The notes under the pieces were generated by a model that was not told the origin of the DNA, did not search any database, and was given only the letters and a program-made list of their open reading frames with translations. A stretch of DNA of 64,000 bases from an uncultured Desulfospira sp. (GTDB lineage Bacteria; Desulfobacterota; Desulfobacteria; Desulfobacterales; Desulfobacteraceae), in assembly GCA_963663165.1 (NCBI GenBank), contig OY760175.1, positions 288,001 to 352,000 of the forward strand, given 5' to 3'. Position 1 is the first letter of the stretch; every line of letters starts with the position of its first letter. Shown here piece after piece: positions 40,211 through 51,052 of the stretch. A program made the position numbers and the translations under genes.

Positions 40211-40225
40211 TAGTGCGCTATATAT

Positions 40226-40280
40226 GTAATATTTTTCACAAACTATGTAAAAATTGACATAATTATGTGAAAAATATTAC
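40226..40280. promoter_or_regulatory. 55-bp palindrome, candidate transcription-factor operator/enhancer
   Basis: GTAATATTTTTCACA / TGTGAAAAATATTAC perfect 15-bp arms plus inner imperfect IR. Confidence 0.55.
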
Positions 40281-40534
40281 GCAACCGGGTGATCGGTTAG
40301 GTCAAGCCCGTTGTCCGAAACAAATCAAAAATAAATGTGGAAAAAATTTTGGACTGAAATAACTTGTCGAAATCATATTTAAAATATTTCAACTCACCGT
40401 AGGCTTTTTTTTTCTATCATCAGGCGCATTATACCGCATTAAGCAAAGAAGATGGAGAACCTTATCAAATAATCATTATGACACCGTACATATACGAGGA
40501 TTATGATGAGGCAAACGAAAAAGGAAGGATAGGT

Positions 40535-40838
40535 GTAACTGTTCAGCAGTGCCCCATCTTCGCTCATTCAGGCCTTCTCACATAGCAAAAGTATGCTACG
40601 AAGACCTGACTAAACAAATATGAAGCACTGATGAACAGTTACGGACCCTGATTTTTACTTAGTTTTCAGCATTAGCTGAATAGTTAGTGTTTGAACGAAA
40701 AGTCGCCCATCTGCTGCGTTGCAAAAAAATTTGCAATCCTCACAACCCCTATGGTTGCTCCGGTTGCAAATTTTTTTTGCGCCTTGCATCTGGGCAACTT
40801 TTCGCCCAAACACGGGTTTTCGTTCAGACACTAGTTAC
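40535..40838. mobile_element. MITE family B, copy 2, carrying a nested family A element; 8-bp TSD
   Basis: GGATAGGT at 40527-40534 and 40839-40846. Confidence 0.92.
40687..40831. mobile_element. MITE family A, copy 1 (145 bp), 6-bp TSD TAGTTA
   Basis: TIR GTGTTTGAACGAAAA / TTTTCGTTCAGACAC; TAGTTA at 40681-40686 and 40832-40837. Confidence 0.93.
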
Positions 40839-41242
40839 GGATAGGTAAACTAACATCATCAGGTTTCTATGTGTGGTACGGGGTTGTCGGACCAAATTCA
40901 GAATATGGTTATAGGACTAATGAAGTATCTGATTATTATGTGGAATTGACGGCTGAAAACGAACATTATATCTCCTACGCCGAATATTGGGCGGTGTGGA
41001 CCCTGTCAGAGGCACAAACCCCAATCCCCAATACTGTTTTCCTGTTAGGGGCAGGCCTTATTGGTCTGGCTGGTTTGACAAGGAAAAAATAGTGTAATAA
41101 AGCTTAACTGCAACCGTCCGGTGCCCCTGCGCATATTTAAGCGTACCGCCCGATGTGGATTGAGTCTGCCGCACCTTGCCCATCAGGCCGCCCGGCGATG
41201 CGGTTTTTTTGTATTTATCGGGTTTCCCTGCATCTTGCCTTT

Positions 41243-41271
41243 TTGACAAATTTCTTATAATCCGTTATAGG
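41243..41271 (+). promoter_or_regulatory. putative sigma70 promoter for hybrid kinase
   Basis: TTGACA-N17-TATAGG. Confidence 0.4.
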
Positions 41272-41328
41272 TTAAAAAGAAATCTTCCAGTCTGTTTTGA
41301 TTTAGCGAAAAAACATGGGTTTCCTTAA

Positions 41329-44300
41329 ATGAAACTGTTTCTTTATTGTGTTTTCGTACAATTGATCACTGCGGTATGTTACGCTGCCCCCCCGGTTGTT
41401 GTGCAGCCGGGCAAAGACAGATATTTTCTTGGCGGCCATATTGAAATCCTTGAAGACGCCCGGGATCAGTGGAGCATCGTTGATGTTATGAATCGTCATC
41501 GGGCGGGGCAGTTTAAAGACAGCAAACGCGATATCCCCAATTTCGGCTATACCCGGTCCGCCGTCTGGTTGAAATTTACAATTGAGCCCATGTGGCCCTA
41601 TCGCCACGAAATCCTTCTGGAGTTTGACTGGCCCCACGCTGATTTTATAGAGCTTTTCGTTTATACGGTAAATGAACACGGAATCTTCCGGGGAACCAAA
41701 CATAAACTGGCCGGACGAAAGGTATTGGTGGCGGACTGGGAGTACGCATACCGCAATTTTTTGTTCAACCTGCCCCTTGAAGCCCGGAAAACCCACATCG
41801 TTTTTATCAAACTTAAAACCGTCGACTCCCTCAGGGCCCCGTTAATGTTATGGGAGAAAGAGGCCTTCTGGCCTCACGCCAAAAATGAATACCATGTCCT
41901 GGGGTTTTATTATGGCCTGATGTTTGTGATCATTGTTTACAACCTGCTGGTCTACCTGACCACCAAAGACTTAAGTTTTCTTTTGTTTACCCTGCATATT
42001 GCGGCCACCGCCCTGTTTGAATTTTCATTCAACGGGCTGGCCACCGAGTATTTATGGCCCGGAGTTCCCGGGATTACCGTCATCAGCATGTCGGCCTTTG
42101 TTTTTCTGCTCACCGGGTTTGCGGTGATTTTCTCAAACCAGTTTTTAAATTTGAAAGAAAATTTCCCTTTTGGCTATAAATTATTAAACATTATTTTAGG
42201 GCTGTCGGTCGCGGGGCTGTTCGCCCTTTTGGTGATGCCGTCCCATATCGTTAACCCTTACACCGCCGGTCTGGCCGGTATCTTTCCGCCGGTCCTGTTA
42301 TGGACGAGTTTTCGGTGTGTCAAACTAAAGATTCCGTTTTCAAAACATTTTATTTTCATATGGACCCTGATGCTGATTGCCACCGCAATTGCCGGGTTGA
42401 CGTTTTTAGGCGTTCTTCCCCACACCAGCTTTACCAATTATTTTCACCAGGTCTGCTCTGCCCTGGAAGCCATCTTATTTTCCATTGTTCTTGCCGGCCG
42501 GATTAATGTGCTCCGGGAAAAAAATAAAGCAATTGAACTTCACGGGTTGCAGGTCGAAAAGGAACGGGCCGCGGCCCAGGCCTCTTCCCAGGCCAAAAGT
42601 GCGTTTCTGGCCAACATGAGCCATGAAATCCGCACCCCCATCAATGCCGTTACCGGCATGCTCTACTTGTTAAAACAAACCGATCTGACCCCTGTCCAGC
42701 AGGATTTCACAGAAAAAATGAGGGTGGCGGCCAACACACTGTTGGGGATTATCAACGACATCCTGGATATTTCAAAAATCGAGGCGGGAAAGCTGAAGCT
42801 TGAGCATATTGATTTTGATCTTGGGACGGTGATTGAGAATGTCACCACGCTGGTGGAAATGAAAACCGCCGAGAAAAACCTGGATCTGGTGGTGGCCTGT
42901 GATGATGTTCCCTGTACGGCTTTATACGGTGATCCGCTCAGGCTGGGCCAGATCCTGACAAACCTGGTCAACAATGCGGTAAAATTTACTGAAACAGGCC
43001 AGATCGGCATCTACTGCAGAAAAATCGGAACCGACCGGTTCCGGTTTGATGTGAAAGATACCGGCATTGGCATGACAAAACAGGAGATGGACCGGTTGTT
43101 TCAAGCCTTTTCCCAGGCCGATATCTCCACTACCCGGAAGTATGGCGGTACCGGCCTTGGCCTGGCTATTTCCAAGCGCTTGGTTGAAATGATGGATGGT
43201 AAAATCTGGGTGGAAAGCCAGCCCGGAAAAGGCACCTGCTTTTCCTTTGAAGCCACCATTATAGAACAGCCGGACAAGGCCACTGAAACATCCGGCGATA
43301 TGGCTTTTTCCGTTAAAGGGACTGAACCTCAATTAGAACAAAGCAATGATCCGGCGTTTTTGGAAAACCAGCTGACCAGCCTTAAGGGAAGCCATATTCT
43401 TCTGGTGGAGGACAACAAGATCAACCGCGAGATTATCTGCGGCATGCTGGCCAACAGCGGGATCATGATCAGCGAGGCGGAAAACGGACAGATCGCCCTT
43501 GACATGTACCGGAAAGATCCCGACGTGTATGAACTGATTTTAATGGACATCCAGATGCCTGTGATGGACGGGTATGAAGCCACCCGGCAGATCCGCCGGA
43601 TAGACACCAATGTCCCCATCATTGCCCTCACGGCCAGCGCCATGGACAGTGATGTGGCACAGGCCATTAAAATGGGTGTTAACAAACATATTGGAAAGCC
43701 CATAGAAGTGCCCCAGCTATTTGGGGTCTTGCTCCAGTTTATCCCCAGAAAATGTGATCCTAAAAGCCTGCCATCTTTCCTTAACACCGATCAATCTGCG
43801 CCAGGGGAAGATTCAGAACCGCCGGCCCAGGCCGAACCGTTAAATTTTACCCACATTGATGTGCCGGACGGATTGAAGCGTGTTATGGGAAACAAGACCC
43901 TTTACAGCAAACTTTTGACCGATTTTGTTCATGAATACCAGGGGATTACGGCCAAACTCGAAGTCCTGATGGATAATGATCCGGGACAGGCCGTGCGCAT
44001 TGCCCACACCGTCAAGGGGCTTTCGGGAAGTATCGGTGCCCACAACCTTAGCAACCTTGCCGGACAGCTTGAGGACACGCAGGATCAGGCCCTGCTGCCC
44101 GCCTTTGATGCGGCCTTGGCCGGGGTGATTGACGAGATCATGGCAAGCCCGGTTTTTCAACCCCGAAAGCCCGCCACGGACAAAAAAACAGTCATTGGCC
44201 AACATGGTGACGATTTATGGCTAAAATTGGCACAGGCTGTTGAAAAACGCCGCCCCCAGCATATCAAACCCGTCCTTGCAAAGCTTGAAGAGGCGGCCTT

Positions 44301-44433
44301 AGATGCCAAAGACCAACAGCTTCTGGAAAAGGTGGCCAAGGCGTTGGAAAAGTACAGATTCAGCAACGCCCTGGATGAAATCAAACAGTATAAAAATTTC
44401 AAGGCTGAAGCGGGGCCGGTTGAAGGGGAATAG
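41329..44433 (+). CDS. hybrid sensor histidine kinase (7TMR-DISM extracellular + 7TM, HisKA, HATPase, REC, HPt)
   Basis: [52 protein letters not shown]. Confidence 0.93.
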   Translation: MKLFLYCVFVQLITAVCYAAPPVVVQPGKDRYFLGGHIEILEDARDQWSIVDVMNRHRAGQFKDSKRDIPNFGYTRSAVWLKFTIEPMWPYRHEILLEFDWPHADFIELFVYTVNEHGIFRGTKHKLAGRKVLVADWEYAYRNFLFNLPLEARKTHIVFIKLKTVDSLRAPLMLWEKEAFWPHAKNEYHVLGFYYGLMFVIIVYNLLVYLTTKDLSFLLFTLHIAATALFEFSFNGLATEYLWPGVPGITVISMSAFVFLLTGFAVIFSNQFLNLKENFPFGYKLLNIILGLSVAGLFALLVMPSHIVNPYTAGLAGIFPPVLLWTSFRCVKLKIPFSKHFIFIWTLMLIATAIAGLTFLGVLPHTSFTNYFHQVCSALEAILFSIVLAGRINVLREKNKAIELHGLQVEKERAAAQASSQAKSAFLANMSHEIRTPINAVTGMLYLLKQTDLTPVQQDFTEKMRVAANTLLGIINDILDISKIEAGKLKLEHIDFDLGTVIENVTTLVEMKTAEKNLDLVVACDDVPCTALYGDPLRLGQILTNLVNNAVKFTETGQIGIYCRKIGTDRFRFDVKDTGIGMTKQEMDRLFQAFSQADISTTRKYGGTGLGLAISKRLVEMMDGKIWVESQPGKGTCFSFEATIIEQPDKATETSGDMAFSVKGTEPQLEQSNDPAFLENQLTSLKGSHILLVEDNKINREIICGMLANSGIMISEAENGQIALDMYRKDPDVYELILMDIQMPVMDGYEATRQIRRIDTNVPIIALTASAMDSDVAQAIKMGVNKHIGKPIEVPQLFGVLLQFIPRKCDPKSLPSFLNTDQSAPGEDSEPPAQAEPLNFTHIDVPDGLKRVMGNKTLYSKLLTDFVHEYQGITAKLEVLMDNDPGQAVRIAHTVKGLSGSIGAHNLSNLAGQLEDTQDQALLPAFDAALAGVIDEIMASPVFQPRKPATDKKTVIGQHGDDLWLKLAQAVEKRRPQHIKPVLAKLEEAALDAKDQQLLEKVAKALEKYRFSNALDEIKQYKNFKAEAGPVEGE

Positions 44434-44474
44434 CCTTACCTCCTTGCGCCTGAACCCCTTCAGCCGGATTCCTT

Positions 44475-46532
44475 CTAAATCGAAAATTTTTCAGTCATGG
44501 CCCGAAGCTGGGTCATGACTTCAGTCAATGTCCGGGCCTTTTCCTTCACCTGGGATGAAAATTCATTAATCTGCTGGGAGGCCTCAAGGACATCCCCGAT
44601 TTCATGAGCCACCTGTCCCGATGCACTGGAACTTTGGGCCACATTTTCATTGACCTCGCTGATCCCAAGGGAAACTTGGCCGATATTTTCGGCAATATCG
44701 GTGGTGGCCGCGGACTGGGCATCAATGGCCTGGCTCGATTCGGTGACAAAGGCATTGATATTGTCGATGATGCCGGAAATATTTTGAATTTCCGTGACCG
44801 CGCCGCTGATCTGGCCCTGTATTTCCTGAATGTTCCGGGTAATGTCTTCGGTGGCACCGGCGGTCTGGCCGGCCAGATCCTTGATTTCAGTGGCCACCAC
44901 GGCAAAGCCTTTGCCGGCTTCGCCTGCCCTTGCCGCTTCAATGGTGGCATTTAAGGCCAGCAGATTGATCTGGGATGAGATGTTGGTGATGGTATCGGTA
45001 ACCTTGTTGATTTCTTCGGCAGCCCTGCCAAGCTGCTGAACCCGTTTGGATGTCAGTCCGGCCTGTTCAACCGCCTTTTCCGTGATTTCCCGGGTATTGT
45101 TGGAATTCTGGGCCACCTGCTGCAAGTTGGTTTTCATCTGGTTGGTGGCCTTGGCCACGGTTTCCACATTAATGCTGGCCTGTTCCATGGATGCGGCCAC
45201 AGAATCCATGTTGGCGCTGACCTGTTCGGCCGCTGATGCCACGGTATTGACTTTGTTGACGCTGGTCTGGGCCCCTGAATTCATCCGGTCGGAAATCTGG
45301 TTGAGTTCACTGGAGGCCTGGCTCAAGGTGTCCACATTCAAATTCAGGTTCCTGATCAGGTCTGCCAGTCCCGTTACCATCTCGTTCATGGAGGTTACGG
45401 TATCCTTGATGGCGTCTTTTGCCTTATAGGTGAAACTGTGGTTGAAGTTGCCTTTGGCCACTTCCCTGGCCAGGGTGGCCATGCCGTTCATGTTGTTCAT
45501 GAGCTGGCGGTTCATCAGGGAGATGATCAACAGCCCAAGGGCAAAGGCAATAATGCCGCTTAAACCTGAACTGACCAGGATCTGTCTGTTGATGCCGGCC
45601 ATGAGTTCTTTTTCAGATACTGCCACGGTAAAATACATGTCCCATGGCTCAAAATAATTCACAAACCCGTAATACGGGGTGTGGTCATATTCATAGGTGA
45701 TAAACCCGGTCCGGGTTTCAAGGATGCTTTGTCCGCCGGTAAAATCATTGACGTTGAGTTTGGTATAGGCCGGGTCCGGGTGGGTCAGGATCCGGCCGGT
45801 TCCGTCACAGATAAAGGAGTAGCCGTTTCCATTAACATTAACCTTTTTCACCATGTCCGCAAGGCTCGGCGTCAGGATGGTCCGGCAAACACCGTAGGCC
45901 CCGGCCATGGTTCCCTCTAACTGGTCTTTGAAGGGGGACAGGCTGCAAAGGGCCTTTTGTTCTCCTGAACCCACTAAAAAAGAAATCGCTTTCCCCTGGG
46001 AGACGGCTTTGAACTGCGCTGTGTCAGCAGCATAAAAACCGCCGATGGGCCGGGATTTGTCCTCATTTTTCAAGGTCGTGGACACCTTAACCAGTTTGTC
46101 GTCAAACAATTGGAAGTAGCTGATTTCTGAATCACTGAACTGGCCGGCCTTGTCCACAAGCTCGTATTCGCCGGTAACAAAGGTGAGACCAAACAGCAGT
46201 TTGGGCAGGGAGGCCGTTGTCTTTTTGGCTGTGGCAACGTCGAAAATTTCCATTTCTGCTTGCTGGGAGCCTAAAAATGACGCCGTTCCTGAGCTTTCGC
46301 TTTCTGTGCGCAGGATGCCGATGTCAGAGTTGAGTTTGTCTTCTTGCAGGTCGTGCTGGATTCCAACCGTGCCCAAAAGAACATCGGAAACACTCTGGAT
46401 GCCGGCCTTTCCTTTGGCAAGAAAGGTGGTTTTGGTCTGATAGAAATTAACTGCAGCGATAATGAGGATGGTCAGCAAGATAATTCCCATGGAGGACATG
46501 TACAGTTTTTTCCCAAATCCAATTGAGTTCAT
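44475..46532 (-). CDS. methyl-accepting chemotaxis protein with Cache sensor
   Basis: two TMs, GYSF..ILTHPD Cache motif, [25 protein letters not shown]. Confidence 0.94.
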   Translation of the reverse strand: MNSIGFGKKLYMSSMGIILLTILIIAAVNFYQTKTTFLAKGKAGIQSVSDVLLGTVGIQHDLQEDKLNSDIGILRTESESSGTASFLGSQQAEMEIFDVATAKKTTASLPKLLFGLTFVTGEYELVDKAGQFSDSEISYFQLFDDKLVKVSTTLKNEDKSRPIGGFYAADTAQFKAVSQGKAISFLVGSGEQKALCSLSPFKDQLEGTMAGAYGVCRTILTPSLADMVKKVNVNGNGYSFICDGTGRILTHPDPAYTKLNVNDFTGGQSILETRTGFITYEYDHTPYYGFVNYFEPWDMYFTVAVSEKELMAGINRQILVSSGLSGIIAFALGLLIISLMNRQLMNNMNGMATLAREVAKGNFNHSFTYKAKDAIKDTVTSMNEMVTGLADLIRNLNLNVDTLSQASSELNQISDRMNSGAQTSVNKVNTVASAAEQVSANMDSVAASMEQASINVETVAKATNQMKTNLQQVAQNSNNTREITEKAVEQAGLTSKRVQQLGRAAEEINKVTDTITNISSQINLLALNATIEAARAGEAGKGFAVVATEIKDLAGQTAGATEDITRNIQEIQGQISGAVTEIQNISGIIDNINAFVTESSQAIDAQSAATTDIAENIGQVSLGISEVNENVAQSSSASGQVAHEIGDVLEASQQINEFSSQVKEKARTLTEVMTQLRAMTEKFSI

Positions 46533-47051
46533 TACTAGCTCCCTTTTTTTTGTTAAGCAGTTGACAATACGCTTCTTTGAATAATGGGGAACGGCCTTTT
46601 TGTCAATAGAAACAGTAAAATAAAGTGGTTAAGGAAAGAAAAAAAGCAGTTCCTATATCGCATTGTTTTCGCAATTTTCGATGCGCAAAGATTTGGCGGG
46701 AGACGGTTTGCGATTTATTTAAATGTGAAGCCAATTTTGGTGGGTCGAGTTTATCTTGCTATTAAAGAGGGTTAAGTGGCGGTGGGTTATGCAGGTTGTT
46801 GATTGAGGCGACGAAGTCAGAAATCGTCGATGTTTTTGTGATTTCATTTTTTGCGAAGGATGGACCATCCCTTTCATTCTATTGGGGGCGATTTCCCCGG
46901 GAATATTTGCCGGCATTATCCCGAATCGTCGAAAATTCTCCGAATCATCCAGCCGGATGATTCAGGTTTCGTTAGAAAGGCAGATGGTATTTGCATTCCG
47001 GCGTATCATGGGATAAGCTTGCCGGGCTCTCGGGTAAGATCGGTTTAAACA

Positions 47052-47194
47052 GTGCCTGACCGAAAACCCGCGTTTGGGGGAAAAGTTGCCCAGATGCAAG
47101 GCGCAGGAAAAGCTGCAACCGGAGCAATCTTGGGGTTGTGAGGATTGCAGCTTTTCCTGCAACGCAGCAGATGGGTGACTTTTCGTTCAAACAC
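47052..47194. mobile_element. MITE family A, diverged copy 2 (143 bp)
   Basis: aligns to 52223-52367; flanks TAAACA (47046-47051) and TAAATA (47195-47200). Confidence 0.88.
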
Positions 47195-47210
47195 TAAATA
47201 GACGGAAAGG

Positions 47211-47804
47211 ATGATAATGAAACATATTTTGAGCATACTGGGGCGGCTGTTGTACCGCGCCATGGGATGGACCTATGACACCCTTCCCGAATACTGGACC
47301 GATAAATGCGTGGTCATCGGGTTTCCCCACACCAAAAATATGGACACGGTCCGGGCGCTGACCTATATCAAGGTCGCCAAAGTCCGGGCCCGGCTCCTGG
47401 TCAAGGCGGAATGGTTTTTCTTTCCCATGTCGATCCTGCTCAGGGGCTTAGGGGGCATGCCCGTCAAAAGGGACAAGGCCCATGGGTTTGTGGTCAGTGT
47501 GGCCCAAGAATTTGATAAACGGGAAAAACTGGTGCTGGCCCTGGTGCCCGAGGGCACCCGGAAAAAAGTGGGCACCATCAAAACCGGATTCTGGTACATT
47601 GCCAAAGCCGCCGATGTCCCCATTATCTGCTGGTACCTGGACAACGAGCTCAAAAGAACCCGGTGGATCGGCCGAATTCATCCGGGAGAAAGCCTTGAGG
47701 CAGACCTGACCTTAATCAAAGACCTGTATGAAAAAGCCGGGTTTTCAATCCCCTTGAACAACCTTGCCCCGGCTGCCGGCCAAGTGCCTGCCGGTGCACA
47801 GTGA
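47211..47804 (+). CDS. PlsC-family acyltransferase
   Basis: PHTKNMD (HxxxxD), GGMPVKR, PEGTRK, KTGFWYIA. Confidence 0.85.
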   Translation: MIMKHILSILGRLLYRAMGWTYDTLPEYWTDKCVVIGFPHTKNMDTVRALTYIKVAKVRARLLVKAEWFFFPMSILLRGLGGMPVKRDKAHGFVVSVAQEFDKREKLVLALVPEGTRKKVGTIKTGFWYIAKAADVPIICWYLDNELKRTRWIGRIHPGESLEADLTLIKDLYEKAGFSIPLNNLAPAAGQVPAGAQ

Positions 47805-47841
47805 TATGGCCGGTTAACCCGTCTGAACAGGGTAATTGAAT

Positions 47842-47935
47842 GGAGACCGGGAACCGGAGACCGGAGGCCGGAATGCGTAAACCTGAGGGGGTCGCGATTT
47901 CCGGTCTCCCGTCTCCTTTTCTCCGGTTTCCGTTT
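47842..47935. repeat. inverted heptamer arrays (GGAGACC)n ... (TCCSGTC)n between convergent genes
   Basis: ggagacc gggaacc ggagacc ggaggcc ... tccggtc tcccgtc tcctttt ctccggt ttccgt. Confidence 0.7.
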
Positions 47936-48049
47936 TTTACATTATCATCCATCCTCACATATCAAACCGGTCGAAAAGGCGGAGAATCGGGGCCAACGTT
48001 GATCTGCCGCAGCCCCGGTGATCATCGGTTCAGATCAAACATGCCGGGG

Positions 48050-48388
48050 TTACCGGGGTGCCCAAAGGACCATCTGGGGTTTGGTGATCTGTTGGGCCAA
48101 GTCCTCAATTGTTCCATAGGTCATGCAGGCGGCCATGCAGGTCTGGACACAGGCCGGCAAAAGCCCTTTGGCTGTCCGCCCGGCACACAAAATACACAGC
48201 TGGGTGGGCATGGGAATAAACTTGAGGTAGTGCTTGTCCTTGGGAAGGTTTTCCACCACCTCGGTGACCCTTATCCCCCCCATGCCTGCCGGCCATTTAT
48301 ACTCCTGGGCACAGGCCACCTGGCAGGCGTAGCATCCCGTGCAGAATTCATAGTCTATCAGTAAACCGTATCGGGGTTTTGTCGTCAT
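48050..48388 (-). CDS. small 4Fe-4S subunit (DmsB-like) of the molybdopterin enzyme
   Basis: CTGCYACQVAC, CILC, PACVQTCMAAC. Confidence 0.88.
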   Translation of the reverse strand: MTTKPRYGLLIDYEFCTGCYACQVACAQEYKWPAGMGGIRVTEVVENLPKDKHYLKFIPMPTQLCILCAGRTAKGLLPACVQTCMAACMTYGTIEDLAQQITKPQMVLWAPR

Positions 48389-48404
48389 AATCTTCTTTCC
48401 TTAA

Positions 48405-48584
48405 ACCGTCACGGACGGCTTGGATTATCCAACCCAGAACCGTCAATAACGAAAAATTTATGTCTTTTCAGTTTGTTAGTGATACTTTCATATAACAGCC
48501 ACGGGCTGATTTGGTTATCCAACCAAGATCCGCCCACAACAAATATTGAAAGTCTTTACGGGTAGTTAGTCAGACTTTCATATA
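48405..48584. repeat. two tandem family C units (48405-48494, 48495-48584)
   Basis: align with 4881-5058; each ends in TATA. Confidence 0.9.
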
Positions 48585-48593
48585 AAATAATAT

Positions 48594-48627
48594 AACGCAG
48601 CAAATGGGCAAGTTTTCGTTCAAACAC
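48594..48627. mobile_element. terminal fragment of a family A element overlapping the oxidoreductase stop codon
   Basis: aacgcagcaaatgggcaagttttcgttcaaacac vs aacgcagcagatgggcgacttttcgttcaaacac. Confidence 0.75.
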
Positions 48628-51052
48628 GGTAGACTTTGCACATGAGCTGCTTGGTAATGGTCCCTAACCCATCCTTGCCCTGGGAACCCATGGGCATGAG
48701 CTGGCTGATGTTGGATTCCCACATGCCGTACAGGGAAGGTTCGGCCCCGTCTTTTTCCGGGAACCACCAGCCATAGGCCGCCATAACCATCCACCGGGGA
48801 ACAATGGGGGAAACCTTGGCCTTGAGTTTGCATTTGCCAAGCCAGTTCTCCACCCATACCCATTCGCCGTTTGAAATGTTCAACGAGGCGGCCGTGTCGG
48901 GATGGATCTCGAGTTCCGGGTCCGGGTCAATATCCCGCAGCCAGGGAATGTTCCGGTGTTCAGAGCAGAAGAACACCGGGGAGCGCCGGCCCGTGGACAG
49001 GATCAGGGGGTATTCCTTGGACAGGTCCGGCCGGCTTTCCGGGGTAAAGGGCGGCTCCTCATAATGGGGAAAAGGATCAAGCTGCCATTCTTCTCTCAGG
49101 GTGGAATAAAGCTCAAGTTTTCCGGACGGGGTCTGGAATCCGGGCCTGCCGTCCTTTCTGAGCAGCCCTTTTTCATACCGTCGGTAAGGGGCGGTGGAAT
49201 GCCCTTCAGGCGGGATGTCCCATCCTTTTTCCTGAAGCTGGTCAAAGGTCATGCCCGAGGGTTTTAAAATATCGTCAAACAGCTCATGGACATTGTTCCA
49301 TTTCAAAGAGGGGTCAAACCGCTTGGCCAGCTCAAAGTTGATCTCCACATCCGGCTTACACCCCTCCACGGTCATGGCCTTGTTGATGGTCTGCAAGGGG
49401 ACCCACCAGCTTCGAATGCTGTCTTTTTCAAGGAAACTGGTGGCCGGCAAAATCAGGTCCGCCATCTGGCAGGTCGGGGTCATAAACAGGTCCACCACCA
49501 CCATGAAATCCAGTTTTTTAAGGGCCTTGATCCATTTTTTGGGATCATAGGCAATGCCCCCTAAAAGGTTGCAGCACTGGACCCACATGCCCTTGACCGG
49601 GTAAGGGTCCTCTGAAAGCATCTGGTCCAGCATGGTGTCGGTCTGGGTCCGCCAGACAAACTGCCGGAAGGGGCCGTATTCTTCGTACCCGATCCGTTTT
49701 TTATCGATCTCTTTGGAGGCCAGCTTGATCACCCCTTTGGCCCCGGGAAGGGCATAAGCCACCGCATCATGGGCATACCGGGCAATGACATTCCCGCCGG
49801 GCACATCCAGGTTCCCGCAGATGCTCCACAGGCAGGCAATGGCCGTGGCCGTCGGGGTCATGCCCGGGGTGGAGTCAATGGCAAGGCCCCACTGGATGGT
49901 GGCCGGCTTGCTCTTGGCATACATCCGGGCCGTCTCAATGATATCTTTTTCATCGAGCATGGTGAGCTTTGCCACCTTTTCCACGGGATATTGGGCGGCT
50001 TCTTCACAGAACCTGGTCCAAACCGGCACTGCCGTGACCAGGCTGCCGTCCTTTAATGGGATTTGAAATTCGCCCTCCAGGGCCGGGGATAGAGCGGCTG
50101 TCTTGTATGCGGCCCCCTGGGAATCCCAGATCACCGGGGCCTTGGTTTCCAGATCCCAGACCAGAAAGTTCTGATCTGACCCATCGGCGGCCAGGTCACT
50201 TTCCCGGACAAGTTTTCCGGTATCTGTCCGGATCAAATGGGAGGCATTGGTCCATTGTTTTACAAAATTTTTATCATAGAGTTCCTCCTGGATCACAATG
50301 TTGAGAAACCCCATGGCCAGTGCCCCGTCCGTCCCCGGTCTGAGGGGCAGCCATTTATCGGACCGGGAGGCAAACCAGGTGAGGCGCGGATCAATGGTGA
50401 TGAGTTTGGCCCCTTTTTTCATCAAATCCGTGGCCCAGTGGCCAAAGATATTGTCCGGGCAGGAGGCATTGATATTGTATCCCCAGATCACAATGGTTTC
50501 GGGCACTTCGTACCGCTCATCATCATGGCCTTTGGGCAGCCACTGCCCCCCGTCAAATATGCAGTAATCCCCCAGCACCGTTTCAGAGGCCACAATCCTT
50601 GGGGTATAACAGCCGTTCCCGCTCATGGAAAATGAGACATTGGGACTGCCAAAGGCATAGGCCAGCATACAGATCCAGGCGCCGACATCCCGGCCGGTGC
50701 CCATGGAAAACACCACGCTTTCGGCCCCATGTTCCTCCCGGATGGCCCCGAATTTTTCTTCCACCAGGTCAAAGGCCTCATCCCAGGAGATGGGCGCCCA
50801 TTTGTTCTCGCCCCGTTCCCCCACCCGTTTTAAAGGCTGTGTGAGCCGGTCGGGATGGTGAACGTACTGGGTCATGGAAAGACACCGGGAACACAGCCGC
50901 CCCTTGTTCATGGGGTGGTCCGGGTCCCCTTCGATTTTGATAAGCTTTCCGTCTTTGATATGGGCCAGCACCCCGCACCCGCCATGGCACCCGGGGCCGG
51001 CAGACCAGGTGGTGGTCCGTACAACTTTGGTATCATGAATACCAGTGGTCAT
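48620..51052 (-). CDS. molybdopterin (bis-MGD) oxidoreductase, acetylene-hydratase/dehydroxylase-like clade, no Tat signal
   Basis: GCHGGCG..LCSRC, HPDRLTQPLKR, IDPR, LRPGTDGALA, ADLILPAT, TPSGKLE, C-terminal Molydop-binding domain. Confidence 0.88.
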   Translation of the reverse strand: MTTGIHDTKVVRTTTWSAGPGCHGGCGVLAHIKDGKLIKIEGDPDHPMNKGRLCSRCLSMTQYVHHPDRLTQPLKRVGERGENKWAPISWDEAFDLVEEKFGAIREEHGAESVVFSMGTGRDVGAWICMLAYAFGSPNVSFSMSGNGCYTPRIVASETVLGDYCIFDGGQWLPKGHDDERYEVPETIVIWGYNINASCPDNIFGHWATDLMKKGAKLITIDPRLTWFASRSDKWLPLRPGTDGALAMGFLNIVIQEELYDKNFVKQWTNASHLIRTDTGKLVRESDLAADGSDQNFLVWDLETKAPVIWDSQGAAYKTAALSPALEGEFQIPLKDGSLVTAVPVWTRFCEEAAQYPVEKVAKLTMLDEKDIIETARMYAKSKPATIQWGLAIDSTPGMTPTATAIACLWSICGNLDVPGGNVIARYAHDAVAYALPGAKGVIKLASKEIDKKRIGYEEYGPFRQFVWRTQTDTMLDQMLSEDPYPVKGMWVQCCNLLGGIAYDPKKWIKALKKLDFMVVVDLFMTPTCQMADLILPATSFLEKDSIRSWWVPLQTINKAMTVEGCKPDVEINFELAKRFDPSLKWNNVHELFDDILKPSGMTFDQLQEKGWDIPPEGHSTAPYRRYEKGLLRKDGRPGFQTPSGKLELYSTLREEWQLDPFPHYEEPPFTPESRPDLSKEYPLILSTGRRSPVFFCSEHRNIPWLRDIDPDPELEIHPDTAASLNISNGEWVWVENWLGKCKLKAKVSPIVPRWMVMAAYGWWFPEKDGAEPSLYGMWESNISQLMPMGSQGKDGLGTITKQLMCKVYRV

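Larger units (their letters stand above)
40403..41092 (+). pseudogene. VPLPA/PEP-CTERM sorting-signal protein interrupted by nested MITEs
   Basis: C-terminus TPIPNTVFLLGAGLIGLAGLTRKK; frame stays open back to 40403 once 40535-40846 is excised. Confidence 0.7.

Noticed and set aside
46533..47045. c-di-GMP riboswitch upstream of the MCP
   Set aside because: No GEMM consensus (GGCAAAC..GAAA..GACGCAAA) recognisable on the - strand.
46962..47263. Short ORFs MNEKSPICC.. / MQEKLQSS.. and the similar N-terminus of 51419..52363
   Set aside because: They are translations of MITE A, not genes.
47716..48364. ORFs 47840..48364 and 47716..47958, and similarly 13961..14255
   Set aside because: Low-complexity products of heptamer repeats or antisense to real genes.
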